Notes: generated by a model from the sequence alone, not told the origin. Shown: positions 18,897-30,140, counted from the first letter of the stretch. The stretch is DNA of 64,000 nt from an uncultured virus (IMG/VR IMGVR_UViG_2519103125_000002) (IMGVR_UViG_2519103125_000002:1-64000), one strand, 5' to 3'. Numbers and translations: made by a program.

Positions 18897-21800
18897 TTAT
18901 GGCTGCTCTGGTTTCTCATTTATTAATTGTTGTACTAATACCTTTAATTCATCAATTTCAGCTTTCATTGAAACTTTCTCAAGTTTTTCTGCTTCAAGTT
19001 GTTCTTTAAGAGTGTCAACTTCCTGCTTCAACATACCGTGGTCAAATTGAAGATTTTTAACTTTAAAGTCTTCTTCTTGTATTGCTTGAATAGAAATTGC
19101 AACCGAGCTATAAAGTGTTACAGCGTCTTTCTCTGGTGTGGTGAATACATCGTCAGAGTCCTCCGCAATCATACCGTAATTAATTGGAAGTATAATAGAC
19201 TCCCCTGACTCGAAGCGTTCAACATCTCTTATAAAGTGATACTGTTTGATGTTTACAGAGTTGATTTTATCTAAAGCAGAGAATGGAAGGTCTTCTATGT
19301 CCGTTTTAAGCGTACGAGAAGAATTAGGGATAAATTCTTGCGCCCACATACGCCCTGTAGCAGATATATTTTCTTTAGCTCGTAGTGTTCTTAATTCTAT
19401 ATCTTTCCATCCCTGACCCATCATATCTTTAATCTGCAAGCCATTGTTATAACCTTGCACAATGCTTGATCTTATCATTGCATTCCCTAGGATTAAATCA
19501 TGATCGTTGGCGCCGTTTACGAAATGTATTTTATAGTCACTGCCTTTTCTTTTGAAAGTAAACTGCCCCCAGTTATTTGTAAAAACATGCGGTTCAGTTG
19601 TAGTTACAAAAAAATAACCCGCTCCTGGAGCCCATCCTTCAGATTCGAAGATAATATCATTCAAGTTTTTAAAACGAAATTGCCCATCTGCATATGCGCT
19701 CAGATGACCACCATCATTTTGCATATTAATATATGATGACCATCTATTAGTACCTTCTGCAGTTTCTCCTTTTGAAACTCCAAATGTTGCCCACGCTTTA
19801 GAAGGTTGTTCGACTCCATTAATTCGTGGCAGGACTTGATAAATATAAAACGATCCTGTACCAGCAAACTTCCTATTATCAGAACCAAGAACAAGTGAAG
19901 GCTGAATACTGCCATCAGTTGTTTCCATAAATCCCATATAGCCACGTGGTCTATCTAAGTCGAAAATCTTCATGTCTTGCTTATTTATTTCAACAAATCT
20001 ATTTCCACTCGTTTTAAGTGTTACACCTTCTAAAACTTGTCCTTTAATATGATTTGCTGTAATAAAACCTACTAAGTTAATCCTGTTCGCATTCAAAGTA
20101 ATGTTTTCTTTACTCATATTAAATGCTGCAATTACATCATTTTCTTTTACAGATATACTAACGCCCTTTTCAGTTAACTGAAGACGGGTTTCCATATCTC
20201 TTACATAAGAATCTTTTGCAAATTGTCCATTTGCTTGCTCTATTGTATATACCTCTGTCTTTTTTGCTGCAGCATTGATACCCAGTTCATTGATAGTGAA
20301 ACGGTTATCAATTAAAGTCATCTTCTGGTTAAATTGTTCAGTTGCAAGTTTGTTAGCTAGTTCGCCCAACAAATCTTGTTTATTCTGATTAACTGTTTGC
20401 TTCAACTCTGGAATCTTAAATCCAGCAACATAATCTTCTACTTGTTTAAGTTCAACTTTACCTTCAAGTGCTTTCGCAGTATTTTCCCATCCAGCTTTCG
20501 CCTCTTGTAATTGTCTTCCTTGTTCTGTCTGCGTATTTTGTATTAAAGAGACATTTTGTTTAATGGTAGTTGCATCTTTTTCTACAGTAGCAACACGCTT
20601 ATCAAATCCACTTTGATTGTTTTCTACTCTTGTAATTGTTTCTTTAATTCCATCCACGCTTTTTGCAATTTCAGTTGTTTTCTGAGTAAACTCATCCGTA
20701 GTTACCTGTTCTTCAGGCGGCGCTGTCCAATCTTGCGGCTTATTCCCTTTATACAAGGCAACCCATTCCACAATAGATTTCGTAGTACCACTCGGATAGT
20801 TATATAAGCTTAACTTTCGTTCATTTCCACTTGTAGTTGCAACTGCTTTGAAGGTTACATACGTTATTCCATTCGCGTAAACACTTGTTGCATATCCAAC
20901 ATTGCTAGACCCACCATTCTGCCAAATTCCAAATTTCTGCCCTTGTGGGACATTCCCTTTAATTACAAAGGTATATTCCTCACCTGCAAAGAAATTTTCA
21001 GTTAGAGAATATTGATTGATTAGATAGTCTGTTTTTTCATATTTAACATTTGATTTTAATAAAAGGTTACGTCCACCAGCTTTATCACTATTAACCTTTG
21101 TTTCTACACTCGTCAACTTCTCACTGATTTTCCCGGCTTTTTCTTCTATTTCAGTAGTTGTTTTTTTAAGCTCACTTGTTGTTTGCTGTACTTCCGAAAT
21201 AGTCTTCTTTGTACCTTCTACAGTTTGCTCAACTGTATTTAATTTATTGCTGATATCATTATCTTTTTTTGTTAACGATTCAATAGAAGTTTTAAATCCA
21301 CTAGAATCTTGTTCAAACTTAGTTACTTTCTTATCGATTTCACCTTGTTTATTTTCGATATTAGAAATTGTACGACTGACACCCTGTAACCCTTCCTGTA
21401 CTTCGTTGAATTGTTCTGTAGCTTGATTTTGTGCTTCTTGAACCTTTTGATTTAACTCCATTTTGGTGGACTCAATATCTTTATTCACCTGATCAAGTGT
21501 TTCTTTCTTAACTGATTCCACATCAGGAACAACCGATTCCCAAGCTGCACCTGTCCATATTTTTAAAATACCAGGCTTTCCATTACTAATATCACGCCAA
21601 AGTGTTTTATAAGGTTTAAGTCCTGTTGTCGGTGGATTCTTAGCTTCAATGATGTCTACCGTGTTATTTTTAAGATTCTCTTGCACTTTTTCAGCCAATG
21701 TTTTCGCTGCTTCGGATTCTTTCTTAGCATCACTAGCTGTTTCATTTGCATCTTTCACTAATTTATCTAACTGATCTATCAGTTCTTGCTTACTTCCTAG

Positions 21801-22925
21801 TGAACTAAGAATACGATTATATATTTTTCGTAGTTCTTCATTTGGATCAGTAATTTCGCGATAATCACCAAACACATATTTATCTTGTGCAGGATCCGTA
21901 AAAGATTCATCACCAGCAATTACACGTGCTTCAAGGTATAACTTAGGTGTGAATCCTGTATCTTTGATTCGGATCGTATCGCCTTCGTTAATTAGTTCAT
22001 GTGCTAGTCCGAAAATACGTCCAATCGATTGTGCTTCTACTTCATAAGACACGGAAGTATTGACACGCTTCTTTAATTCCGTCTTCATCAAAGTCAGTAA
22101 TCGTTGTGATGTCATATTTTGGTCTTCTGTTTCTGGAGTGTAGAAACCAAATTTATGTTTACCATGCGCATTCCAGCGTTGAAAGGCATCACTATCTGTA
22201 ATATAAAGAAGTCCGTTATTGATGCTCTCAATTGTGATAAGTTTATCACCTTCGCCCCGTACAAATCCGACTAAGGCCGTACAAATATCTCTGGAATGTT
22301 CAATACGTCTAACGCCTACTAAGTCTTTTCCCAGAGTTACTTCCTTCCCTGTTTCTCTTCCTCGTTTCTTTATCATATCAACGTACCATCCAGTAATTTG
22401 AGAACCAGATACTTCAACGCGATATTGTATTTCCAACTCAAACAAAGCCGCAATTTTCTTTAAAAAAGTGAGGGGATCGATGAATTCATCAATAGTCATC
22501 GTGTGGAATGAAGAATAATCCGTTATTCCACGTTGCCATTTTGAATCGGCAAGAGCGATATCGATAAACGTATTAACTGTTTCGCTCTCTATACGTTGAG
22601 GTTTAATAATCCCATCTTTGGCTATTTGAACCCAGGCACCAGAAGCATGTACAGTGAGCGATCTATCATCAGATTCTTTTTCTACTTCATTATTGATAAC
22701 ATATGGAACAATGCGACCATCACGCACTTCCTTTAAAACTAAGTTCTGCTGCTGTAATGTAACTGCATGTGGAGTGCCGTCAAAAGTTTTGAATTCTAAA
22801 GTATCAATATTATTTTTGATTTCCCAATGACGATTATCAGCCCAGTAGTCCTTTGGTTGAATAGCTGATATAATCTGATCTGTTTTGAAATCAACAACAT
22901 GAAGTATTCCGCTTGGTGTTCTCAT
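18897..22925 (-). CDS. Tail tip/spike protein (Tal-type) with C-terminal intramolecular chaperone (peptidase S74)
   Basis: 1342 aa after Dit; coiled coils; SSRTLKTDI..YGMIAED chaperone motif. Confidence 0.9.
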   Translation of the reverse strand: MRTPSGILHVVDFKTDQIISAIQPKDYWADNRHWEIKNNIDTLEFKTFDGTPHAVTLQQQNLVLKEVRDGRIVPYVINNEVEKESDDRSLTVHASGAWVQIAKDGIIKPQRIESETVNTFIDIALADSKWQRGITDYSSFHTMTIDEFIDPLTFLKKIAALFELEIQYRVEVSGSQITGWYVDMIKKRGRETGKEVTLGKDLVGVRRIEHSRDICTALVGFVRGEGDKLITIESINNGLLYITDSDAFQRWNAHGKHKFGFYTPETEDQNMTSQRLLTLMKTELKKRVNTSVSYEVEAQSIGRIFGLAHELINEGDTIRIKDTGFTPKLYLEARVIAGDESFTDPAQDKYVFGDYREITDPNEELRKIYNRILSSLGSKQELIDQLDKLVKDANETASDAKKESEAAKTLAEKVQENLKNNTVDIIEAKNPPTTGLKPYKTLWRDISNGKPGILKIWTGAAWESVVPDVESVKKETLDQVNKDIESTKMELNQKVQEAQNQATEQFNEVQEGLQGVSRTISNIENKQGEIDKKVTKFEQDSSGFKTSIESLTKKDNDISNKLNTVEQTVEGTKKTISEVQQTTSELKKTTTEIEEKAGKISEKLTSVETKVNSDKAGGRNLLLKSNVKYEKTDYLINQYSLTENFFAGEEYTFVIKGNVPQGQKFGIWQNGGSSNVGYATSVYANGITYVTFKAVATTSGNERKLSLYNYPSGTTKSIVEWVALYKGNKPQDWTAPPEEQVTTDEFTQKTTEIAKSVDGIKETITRVENNQSGFDKRVATVEKDATTIKQNVSLIQNTQTEQGRQLQEAKAGWENTAKALEGKVELKQVEDYVAGFKIPELKQTVNQNKQDLLGELANKLATEQFNQKMTLIDNRFTINELGINAAAKKTEVYTIEQANGQFAKDSYVRDMETRLQLTEKGVSISVKENDVIAAFNMSKENITLNANRINLVGFITANHIKGQVLEGVTLKTSGNRFVEINKQDMKIFDLDRPRGYMGFMETTDGSIQPSLVLGSDNRKFAGTGSFYIYQVLPRINGVEQPSKAWATFGVSKGETAEGTNRWSSYINMQNDGGHLSAYADGQFRFKNLNDIIFESEGWAPGAGYFFVTTTEPHVFTNNWGQFTFKRKGSDYKIHFVNGANDHDLILGNAMIRSSIVQGYNNGLQIKDMMGQGWKDIELRTLRAKENISATGRMWAQEFIPNSSRTLKTDIEDLPFSALDKINSVNIKQYHFIRDVERFESGESIILPINYGMIAEDSDDVFTTPEKDAVTLYSSVAISIQAIQEEDFKVKNLQFDHGMLKQEVDTLKEQLEAEKLEKVSMKAEIDELKVLVQQLINEKPEQP

Positions 22926-24403
22926 CTGAATCGCTCCCTATATTTGACCCTTGCTGTCCCGATATCAGAAGGCATGATCTCAAGTTTATTAGTGCCTCTA
23001 TTGATAACAGGGAAATTACTGAAAATGTCCTTAATGTTAATCGCATTCTTTCCTTCAATTGTTACATGACTATTTTCTGTGTCGATCACGACTTTATCAC
23101 CAACATCTACTATATAAGGCGGTGTGTTTTTTGTATTTAAATTCACTTTCCAAAACTTCAAATCACTAACTGACATTGCTTCTACTGGTGGAACGTCTTG
23201 AAACTGCATGATGCTAATCTGAATTTGTGCTGCTTTTTCCATATGATAGTTTTTTTCATCCGTCCAATGTGCAAATCGTTCTGAATCATCTTTTTCTGTA
23301 CCTGGAAGGAATTTTGAAATATACGCTTCCCATACATTTCCTGTCCTAGCTATCCACAATCGGCCAAAATACTGATTCCATGTATTCGGATAATCGCCAC
23401 TCTCATAAATTAAACCTGTTTTCCCTGGCTTATTGTCATATCCAATTACCATTGTCCCGAAATTTTGTTCAGCTTGCCAAAAGAGATCATTCATAGCAAT
23501 TTTTGAAAGTACCTTGCTATTTTCATCCAGTATCGCTATCTCAACTCGTCCCATTTCATTAATTTTATTACTCTTACATGTAACGTAGGCTTGCATAATA
23601 AAGTCTTGTACTGGACCGCCAGGGATACTCTTTTTAACAGCTGCTCCGTGCCACCCTTTAACCGCAGTACCAAAATCAGAACAATAGAATTGGTATTTAT
23701 CTGACTTCATTTCACCAATTGGATTGCCATCTTCCATTGAACTGACTTTACTCCACCCTACAGTGGTAGCCATTTCATCCCATATAAGCCTTTGATTTCT
23801 TTCTACAGGTGTTTCCACAGTTTTTAACGGCATACCGATACGAAAATAATCTCGATCACTTAAAGATACCCCGCCGAACCATACATCTAAAAAAGTATTT
23901 GGCTTTGTAATATCAATTTCAATGATAGGATTAGAATGAACAGTTCCTTTATTTTGGACATTAGCAATTAACCCACTAACGTCTTTTTTAAAGTCAACCG
24001 TTTGCTCTTTTCCTAACTTATATGGCATTGGACAAATGAAAGTTAAAGTACCTTCACCTAGATCAACTAACTGGTCTAAATCTAAAGTTTCATCTACGAC
24101 AGCTAAAAACGTACGATCCTTTTCATCATCAAAAATAAGCTCGCACGGTTGATCCGTAACGAGCCAATCTGCTATTTCTTCTTTTAGTTTTTCAGCTTCT
24201 TCAGCTGAATCATATAATAGTGCAATAGGAACTAAAATCTTTCTCATTTTAGTTTGTGTGCGTAGTAATCTCCCTCCTGGATAATGCGGGACTTCAAGAA
24301 ACATACGATCCAAAGGAGCCCATGCAGGGCGCTTTTTACCCTGCAGTGGAATTACATTTGGATTCCTTTTCCCGTTAAAACTAAAGAAACTAATTCCAGT
24401 CAT
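22922..24403 (-). CDS. Distal tail protein (evolved Dit)
   Basis: Follows tape measure gene; FSFNG start, LIFDDEKDR, GTLTFICPMPY. Confidence 0.9.
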   Translation of the reverse strand: MTGISFFSFNGKRNPNVIPLQGKKRPAWAPLDRMFLEVPHYPGGRLLRTQTKMRKILVPIALLYDSAEEAEKLKEEIADWLVTDQPCELIFDDEKDRTFLAVVDETLDLDQLVDLGEGTLTFICPMPYKLGKEQTVDFKKDVSGLIANVQNKGTVHSNPIIEIDITKPNTFLDVWFGGVSLSDRDYFRIGMPLKTVETPVERNQRLIWDEMATTVGWSKVSSMEDGNPIGEMKSDKYQFYCSDFGTAVKGWHGAAVKKSIPGGPVQDFIMQAYVTCKSNKINEMGRVEIAILDENSKVLSKIAMNDLFWQAEQNFGTMVIGYDNKPGKTGLIYESGDYPNTWNQYFGRLWIARTGNVWEAYISKFLPGTEKDDSERFAHWTDEKNYHMEKAAQIQISIMQFQDVPPVEAMSVSDLKFWKVNLNTKNTPPYIVDVGDKVVIDTENSHVTIEGKNAINIKDIFSNFPVINRGTNKLEIMPSDIGTARVKYRERFR

Positions 24404-24415
24404 ATCATCACCTAC

Positions 24416-27346
24416 CTAAAAAACTTTCAATCTTTCTTTCTCGTTTTCTTGAAACTTGCTAACATCTGAGTAGATTTCCTTGGCTATTTCTCTGCCGTTT
24501 AAATTAACTTGCAAAATAGTCGGGCCTTGTGATGCATATTGTTGTGCTCCAGCTTGTTGAGTAAATGGTAGCGACCCTATTATTCCGTTAGCAATCGTGT
24601 CAAACGTTTGTTTGCGTAAAGGTAAAACTGTTTCGTCATATCCTCTCGCGTCACCTACACCAATTAATGTAGGGTTACCAGGTTTAATTAAAGCGCCGTT
24701 TGCAGCCCACTTAACATCAAAAGATGGTAGGCCTTCGCTCGCCCAATTAACAGGGTTTAACGAACCGTTCACACTAATTTTCGGAACAGGTATATGCACA
24801 CCGCTAAACATATTCGATACGCCTTTTCTGATTTTATCAATCCACTCCATAACACCTTCCCAAGCGTTTTTAAATGGGGTTGCGATTGCATCTTTCACTT
24901 TTCCGAATACTTCTTTTATCACTGTAAGGGTGTCTCCTGAGCTTTTAAAAATACCCTCGAACATGTCAGAAAATACTTTCTTTACACCTTCCCAAGCTTC
25001 TCCAAACAGTCCCTTCATTTTGCTGCCTATTTTGCCAATGATGCCAAGTACCTTTCCAACTCCCCATATTTGAATGAAATTCCAAATGAATTCCCATGCT
25101 CCTGATAAAATCTGTTTAACGGCATCCCATACGCCGGTCCAATCGCCAGTCAGCAAGGAAGAAAATAGTTTAATTGTCCCTAAGATGATATCTAAGGCCC
25201 CATTTATAACGCCTTTTATGTTTCCCCATACATCTTCAATTATGAATAGAACAACAGGCATTACAAATTCAATAATGCCCTTTATAAGATCAAATGCATT
25301 TTTTACAGCTTGGACAATCTGATCCCCGTTTTCTTTCCAAAACGCCGTAATCTTTTCTATAATCCCGTTCACAAATGACATTACATCTGTTAATAAAGGC
25401 ATTAAGTAAGGAGCTATTGTATTAAATACACCTTTAATAAAATCCCAAGTAGCGCCGATTATTCCCATAATTACTGGTGCTTGCGCTGCTATCAAGGATT
25501 GTACATTTTCTATAAAACTACTTAATTGGGCATGTACATCCTGAACGAACATGATAATATCCGCTTTTTGTTCTGGAGAAAACCCTAACTTATCCAATAA
25601 ATTACTAGCAGCCCCCCAATCACCAGATACTAGTGCTTTCATAGTTTCTATCCCATACTGCACAGCAGCTACAGTATCTTGCACAAACTGGATAGCGTTA
25701 GCTGAGAATCCTAGTTTAGTAAGTATGTCATAACCATCAACCAACGCGTTCCTATCACCAGCAGCGGCTAACCAAAAGTCCTGAAGTGCTTTTCCCATAT
25801 TTTGAATAGGCGTAATAACCATATCGGATATTGATTGCCACTTCTTCTCTTTTTCTTGCGCTGCATTGATAGCTTTTTCTCGATTTTTGTATATCAACTC
25901 AGATTCTTCAAGAATTTTATTCGCTTCTTCTTGTTTCAACTTTCCAGCTTCTACATCAGCAGCTAATTCTTGTTCTTTTGTTGCTAACATTCCCTTAGCT
26001 GTTAAATTCTCAGATAAAAGTTTGCTAGAGTCCTCTATTCTTTTGTTACGCTCTGTTTCAGAGATAGCTCCTTTTTCATACATCATTTGAGCAACGGCTT
26101 CTACTTGTGCATGACGAGTTCTTTCTGTAGCCAATGCTTTTGTTGCCTCAACAGCTTGTCCTGTTGGATCTAGCATTCTAGAAATACCATCTATAAGACC
26201 CGTAGTTCCGTTTGTAGCTGACATAAGACCAGGGTTAATCTTATCGAACAAAACAAGCCCTAAATTACTTAAAGATGATGTCATGTTTTTTGTAGCGCCT
26301 TCTAAGTTATTCGACATAACTTTAGCCATACGATCAGCCGCGCCACTAGAATTGTCCATTAACATTTTCAATTCATCGAAACCTTTACCACCAGCATCGA
26401 TTACAGGTAACCACGCCGAAAAGGCTTCTTGTCCAAAAATAGATTGTGCTGCAGCGATTTTTTGGGATTGAGATAGATTTCCAAACTTAACATGCATATC
26501 CTCTACAATGTCACGAATCTTTCTCATAGAACCATCTGCATTTGTAGTCGAAATACCAAGTCCATCTAGTGCTTTAGCAGCATCTTTAGGAGGTTTCGCT
26601 AAACGTGATAAACCTGCGCGTAACGCTGTACCAGCCATAGAACCTTTCGTACCAGCGTTAGCGAATTCACCAAGGACGACGTTTGTTTCCGCTAAATCCA
26701 TACCGAATGCGTGAGCTACTGGTGCGACATATTTCATCGCTTCCCCTAATTGACTGATATTTGTATTTGTACTAGCTTGGATAACTGCAAATTGGTCAGC
26801 TGCTTTACCAGCTTCATTAGCACCCATAGCAAAGCCTTGCATCGTATCCGTTACAATATCGGTTGCGCGGCCAAGATCCATATTTCCGGCTGTAGCCATA
26901 GAAAGCAATGGACCGATGGCAGCAATCTGCTGATTAGCATTCCAGCCGGCTAATGCCATGTACTCCATTCCCTCAGCAACCTCAGTGGCAGAATAACGTG
27001 TACTTGCCCCTAATTCGCGAGCTTTTCCTGTTAAATCTCCCATTGCAACAGAAGATGAACCAGTAAGAGCTTCAACTTTACTCATTTGCTTCTCGAATCC
27101 CATTCCTTCTTTAATAGTTCCCGAGAACGCAGCGCCTACACCAATAGCTAAACCAGCTATTCCTCCAAGAGCCAAAGCAGCACCGCCTACAGAAGAACCT
27201 AATCCAGTTGCGGCTTGTCCAGCTAGACCAAATCCACGACCTAAGATACCTGTGGTCCTTTGCCCGCTTCTTTCTGCATTAGCCAATCCTCTTTGTAACT
27301 GATCATCCTTTAAGAAAATTGACCCAAACATCTTAAATAATTCCAT
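24416..27346 (-). CDS. Tail tape measure protein (TP901-family core)
   Basis: FEKQMSKV..ARELGASTRYSATEVAEGMEYMALAGW; W/F periodic repeats. Confidence 0.95.
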   Translation of the reverse strand: MELFKMFGSIFLKDDQLQRGLANAERSGQRTTGILGRGFGLAGQAATGLGSSVGGAALALGGIAGLAIGVGAAFSGTIKEGMGFEKQMSKVEALTGSSSVAMGDLTGKARELGASTRYSATEVAEGMEYMALAGWNANQQIAAIGPLLSMATAGNMDLGRATDIVTDTMQGFAMGANEAGKAADQFAVIQASTNTNISQLGEAMKYVAPVAHAFGMDLAETNVVLGEFANAGTKGSMAGTALRAGLSRLAKPPKDAAKALDGLGISTTNADGSMRKIRDIVEDMHVKFGNLSQSQKIAAAQSIFGQEAFSAWLPVIDAGGKGFDELKMLMDNSSGAADRMAKVMSNNLEGATKNMTSSLSNLGLVLFDKINPGLMSATNGTTGLIDGISRMLDPTGQAVEATKALATERTRHAQVEAVAQMMYEKGAISETERNKRIEDSSKLLSENLTAKGMLATKEQELAADVEAGKLKQEEANKILEESELIYKNREKAINAAQEKEKKWQSISDMVITPIQNMGKALQDFWLAAAGDRNALVDGYDILTKLGFSANAIQFVQDTVAAVQYGIETMKALVSGDWGAASNLLDKLGFSPEQKADIIMFVQDVHAQLSSFIENVQSLIAAQAPVIMGIIGATWDFIKGVFNTIAPYLMPLLTDVMSFVNGIIEKITAFWKENGDQIVQAVKNAFDLIKGIIEFVMPVVLFIIEDVWGNIKGVINGALDIILGTIKLFSSLLTGDWTGVWDAVKQILSGAWEFIWNFIQIWGVGKVLGIIGKIGSKMKGLFGEAWEGVKKVFSDMFEGIFKSSGDTLTVIKEVFGKVKDAIATPFKNAWEGVMEWIDKIRKGVSNMFSGVHIPVPKISVNGSLNPVNWASEGLPSFDVKWAANGALIKPGNPTLIGVGDARGYDETVLPLRKQTFDTIANGIIGSLPFTQQAGAQQYASQGPTILQVNLNGREIAKEIYSDVSKFQENEKERLKVF

Positions 27347-27622
27347 TTATTCACCCGCCTTTCCGCGGATTTTAGCAACACGAGCAAACACTTCTTCTTT
27401 TGTGAGTTTCTGTTTTGGCGTTTGTTCAATTGAATCGTTGTATTGTTTTACCTGTTCTTGCGTTGGATTTTCGCGCTTATGTTTAAATTGAGGGAATGTT
27501 TCATCGCAGTACGGTTGTAAGGCACACCATTCCTCCCATAACATGCGGTCCATTTCTTTTTTCTTTGCGGTGAGATACAGATTAATAACTATCTCAGCGT
27601 CCAAACTGCGTATGTACTCCAT
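27347..27622 (-). CDS. Tail assembly chaperone, frameshift extension (gpT-like)
   Basis: Frame stays open upstream to the CTTTTTTC run in 27658..28086. Confidence 0.7.
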   Translation of the reverse strand: MEYIRSLDAEIVINLYLTAKKKEMDRMLWEEWCALQPYCDETFPQFKHKRENPTQEQVKQYNDSIEQTPKQKLTKEEVFARVAKIRGKAGE

Positions 27623-27657
27623 ATTTGGATAGCGAGAAGCTAATGTATCAATAAAAT

Positions 27658-28086
27658 CTATTTCATTAATTTCACCGCATTGGAAAAAAGCTTAACCAGC
27701 CCAACTTCTGAATCTTTAATTGCAATAAATAATCGAACCAACTCTTCTAGATTTAAAGTTCGAATCGTTTCCCAACCTGGTGATGTTTTTTTGCCACCTT
27801 CCTCTTCATGAACTAAAAGTCCGGCTACAAACTCGAAAAATTCCTGTTCTGCTTCTTCTAATCCGAAGATAAACTTCATGATAATGTCATACCCGAAAGT
27901 CTCTTGTGCAGCTAATACATCAGCTTGAGTTGCGCCTTCTTTATTTCGTACGCCCGTCATTAAATCTTTAAGTAAGTTAATATCAACCTTAAATTTCGAT
28001 TTCTTCAAAATACGAACTACAGAAAATAAATCTCCGCCATGAATTTGTCTCACTTTGTATTCTTTTTCTTTAATTGCAATAGTCAC
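27658..28086 (-). CDS. Tail assembly chaperone (gpG-like)
   Basis: Position between major tail and tape measure genes. Confidence 0.75.
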   Translation of the reverse strand: MTIAIKEKEYKVRQIHGGDLFSVVRILKKSKFKVDINLLKDLMTGVRNKEGATQADVLAAQETFGYDIIMKFIFGLEEAEQEFFEFVAGLLVHEEEGGKKTSPGWETIRTLNLEELVRLFIAIKDSEVGLVKLFSNAVKLMK

Positions 28087-28132
28087 ATTTATTCCTCCTT
28101 AAAATAAAAAGAGTAGGGATTTCCCCTACTCT

Positions 28133-28726
28133 TTAACCTGCTGGTATTAATTTAGCTGCTTCTGTCGCTGTTAAAATACGTTTTTTCCATGGTACTTTTC
28201 GAATGTTTTCTGGATCACGATGTCCTGTGAATGTCACTTCTGGAACAACTTCACTTTCGTTTTCAAATCCTAGTTCTAATGAACCGTCAGATAATGCGTT
28301 ATATACGATAATTTCAACGATATCTCCACCTAAAGTTTCGCCAACCCATGCTACGTTTTTAAGATAGCTATCTTTTGTTAGACGTTCTGTAGCTTCAATC
28401 ACGTCGTACTTAATTGTTTTTCCGTCTTTTGTAACAGTCTCTTCCGATACTTTTAAACCAGCAATAAAGTTTTTGATTTTTTCTTTATCCAAAAATTCAA
28501 GTGTCTTAAAACTAATTTGAGTTTTTGATTTTGTAATACGTTTCATCCCCATAGTGTCACCTGGAGAACCATCATATTCAATTTCTTTAAACTCTGGTTC
28601 GTATTTAAATGAGCCACCGCCTTGTGTAGCGCCTACAGGAAGTTCGTCTTTTTCTCCATAATTAAAGAAGAATGCACCCCAATCTCCGAAGAGGACATTC
28701 TCTGGTTTTGGTTGTGGAGCTGCCAT
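28133..28726 (-). CDS. Major tail tube protein
   Basis: Position; VGATQGGGSF..IEYDG motif. Confidence 0.8.
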   Translation of the reverse strand: MAAPQPKPENVLFGDWGAFFFNYGEKDELPVGATQGGGSFKYEPEFKEIEYDGSPGDTMGMKRITKSKTQISFKTLEFLDKEKIKNFIAGLKVSEETVTKDGKTIKYDVIEATERLTKDSYLKNVAWVGETLGGDIVEIIVYNALSDGSLELGFENESEVVPEVTFTGHRDPENIRKVPWKKRILTATEAAKLIPAG

Positions 28727-28740
28727 ATAATCAACCCTTT

Positions 28741-29103
28741 CTATTGTTTAAAATAAGTTCGTAAAATGAATCGCACTTCTTTACGTCTAATATTCGGGTC
28801 TGGATCAGGTACTTTCTGACTCGAAAGATAAGAAATAGCAGCACCAAATTCAGCGCTGCTTAACCTTTTTCTATGAAGATTGTTTTCTAGCTTCATAATC
28901 AGTTCATCTATTTTACTAAGATGAGCGGAAGTGCCGTAAATATCAATTGTAAGCATGATATTCTTTCGTCCCCATGGTTCTTTGTCATCATTTACCGTGT
29001 ATACCAGATAAGGCATTTCAGACGTTGTTTTAGCAAGTTCATAGTACGTGTCTTTATGAATCTTTTTCAATTCACTGTGTAATGTATTTATAAAGTCATT
29101 CAT
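28741..29103 (-). CDS. Tail terminator/completion protein
   Basis: Position; MPYLVY..TIDIY. Confidence 0.7.
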   Translation of the reverse strand: MNDFINTLHSELKKIHKDTYYELAKTTSEMPYLVYTVNDDKEPWGRKNIMLTIDIYGTSAHLSKIDELIMKLENNLHRKRLSSAEFGAAISYLSSQKVPDPDPNIRRKEVRFILRTYFKQ

Positions 29104-29108
29104 GGTAT

Positions 29109-29516
29109 CTACCTCATTAATGACGAATAGGTTCGTGTTGCAGCTTGCGTAATCATCGGTTTATTATTCTCCGCTGCAGGTCTAAGGAATGGTTGAGCAT
29201 GCTGTCCTTGCGTTTTAACCATTTTCCCTGTTTTTGGGTCTCTGTACATCCATGGAGTTTTTCTTCCGTCGCCATCAACAGCATAGATTCCTGTGCCCTT
29301 CTCGACGTATATTCCATAATCGGCGTTTGTACCAATAACAACTTTTTCTAGTTCTGCTTTAGAACTAATACTGTTCCTTAAATTACTAGTATCGACAGGA
29401 GCTAGTAATTTAGCTTTAGAACTAACAAATTGACCGACAGCAGTATGTGCCGCTTTCTTTGCAGCTAAATGCCTTGCCATTACTGCGGCTCTATTTGATT
29501 GGAATTTCATGCTCAT
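29109..29516 (-). CDS. HK97 gp10-family tail component
   Basis: APVDTSNLRNSI..YVEKGTG..AQPFLRPA. Confidence 0.9.
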   Translation of the reverse strand: MSMKFQSNRAAVMARHLAAKKAAHTAVGQFVSSKAKLLAPVDTSNLRNSISSKAELEKVVIGTNADYGIYVEKGTGIYAVDGDGRKTPWMYRDPKTGKMVKTQGQHAQPFLRPAAENNKPMITQAATRTYSSLMR

Positions 29517-29835
29517 AAGGCAACATCTCCAATTCTATTTGAAAAAATCTACCTGCATTCATTGGATCACCGGGATAAGTAACACTGTATACCTTCTTAT
29601 CAATAACTAATCTATCTTGAATAGTTACATCGAATGGTAAGCAATAAAAGAAATGCGTGCTTTTCTCCTCTACTTTCTTATTACGGGCGTCCTTTGTTCC
29701 TTGAATGGCATCTAGTACACCTTTTACAGTGTTTATTACTCTCCATTCTTCTGTAGGATATGGTCCATCATCAGAACCATCATTACGAAGTACTGCAGCA
29801 TCTTTACCAAACTTACGAATCATTGATTGAATCAT
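29491..29835 (-). CDS. Head closure/stopper protein
   Basis: Position; STHFFY..DRLVI..Y.V..DPM. Confidence 0.7.
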   Translation of the reverse strand: MIQSMIRKFGKDAAVLRNDGSDDGPYPTEEWRVINTVKGVLDAIQGTKDARNKKVEEKSTHFFYCLPFDVTIQDRLVIDKKVYSVTYPGDPMNAGRFFQIELEMLPYEHEIPIK

Positions 29836-30140
29836 AAGACACGTAACCTCACTTTCAGCCCTTTCGTAATACTTGCAGGGTAATCTCCAATATCATCATA
29901 AGTAACAGAGTAGGTACCTAACGATTCACTTTTCTTCCCTTCTCTCTCCTGTTCCTTATACTGATGAATCACCATTTTGGAAATAATACCAGGATAAGCA
30001 GGAGGAAACTCAGGTATTTTTCTATTCGTATACTCAGCAACCATAAGCATTGTATCTTCAATATCCACTAATAGATTTTCAGGTTTTTCATTAGGCAGCT
30101 TTATTTGTACACGCTTTAAAATTTCTATTTTCATATCCAT
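29832..30140 (-). CDS. Head-tail connector protein
   Basis: EGKKSESLGTYSVTY motif; follows capsid gene. Confidence 0.8.
   Translation of the reverse strand: MDMKIEILKRVQIKLPNEKPENLLVDIEDTMLMVAEYTNRKIPEFPPAYPGIISKMVIHQYKEQEREGKKSESLGTYSVTYDDIGDYPASITKGLKVRLRVL

Noticed and set aside
24597..26953. Several plus-strand ORFs within the tape measure gene (and similar antisense ORFs over the structural genes)
   Set aside because: Antisense shadows with no RBS or recognisable motifs
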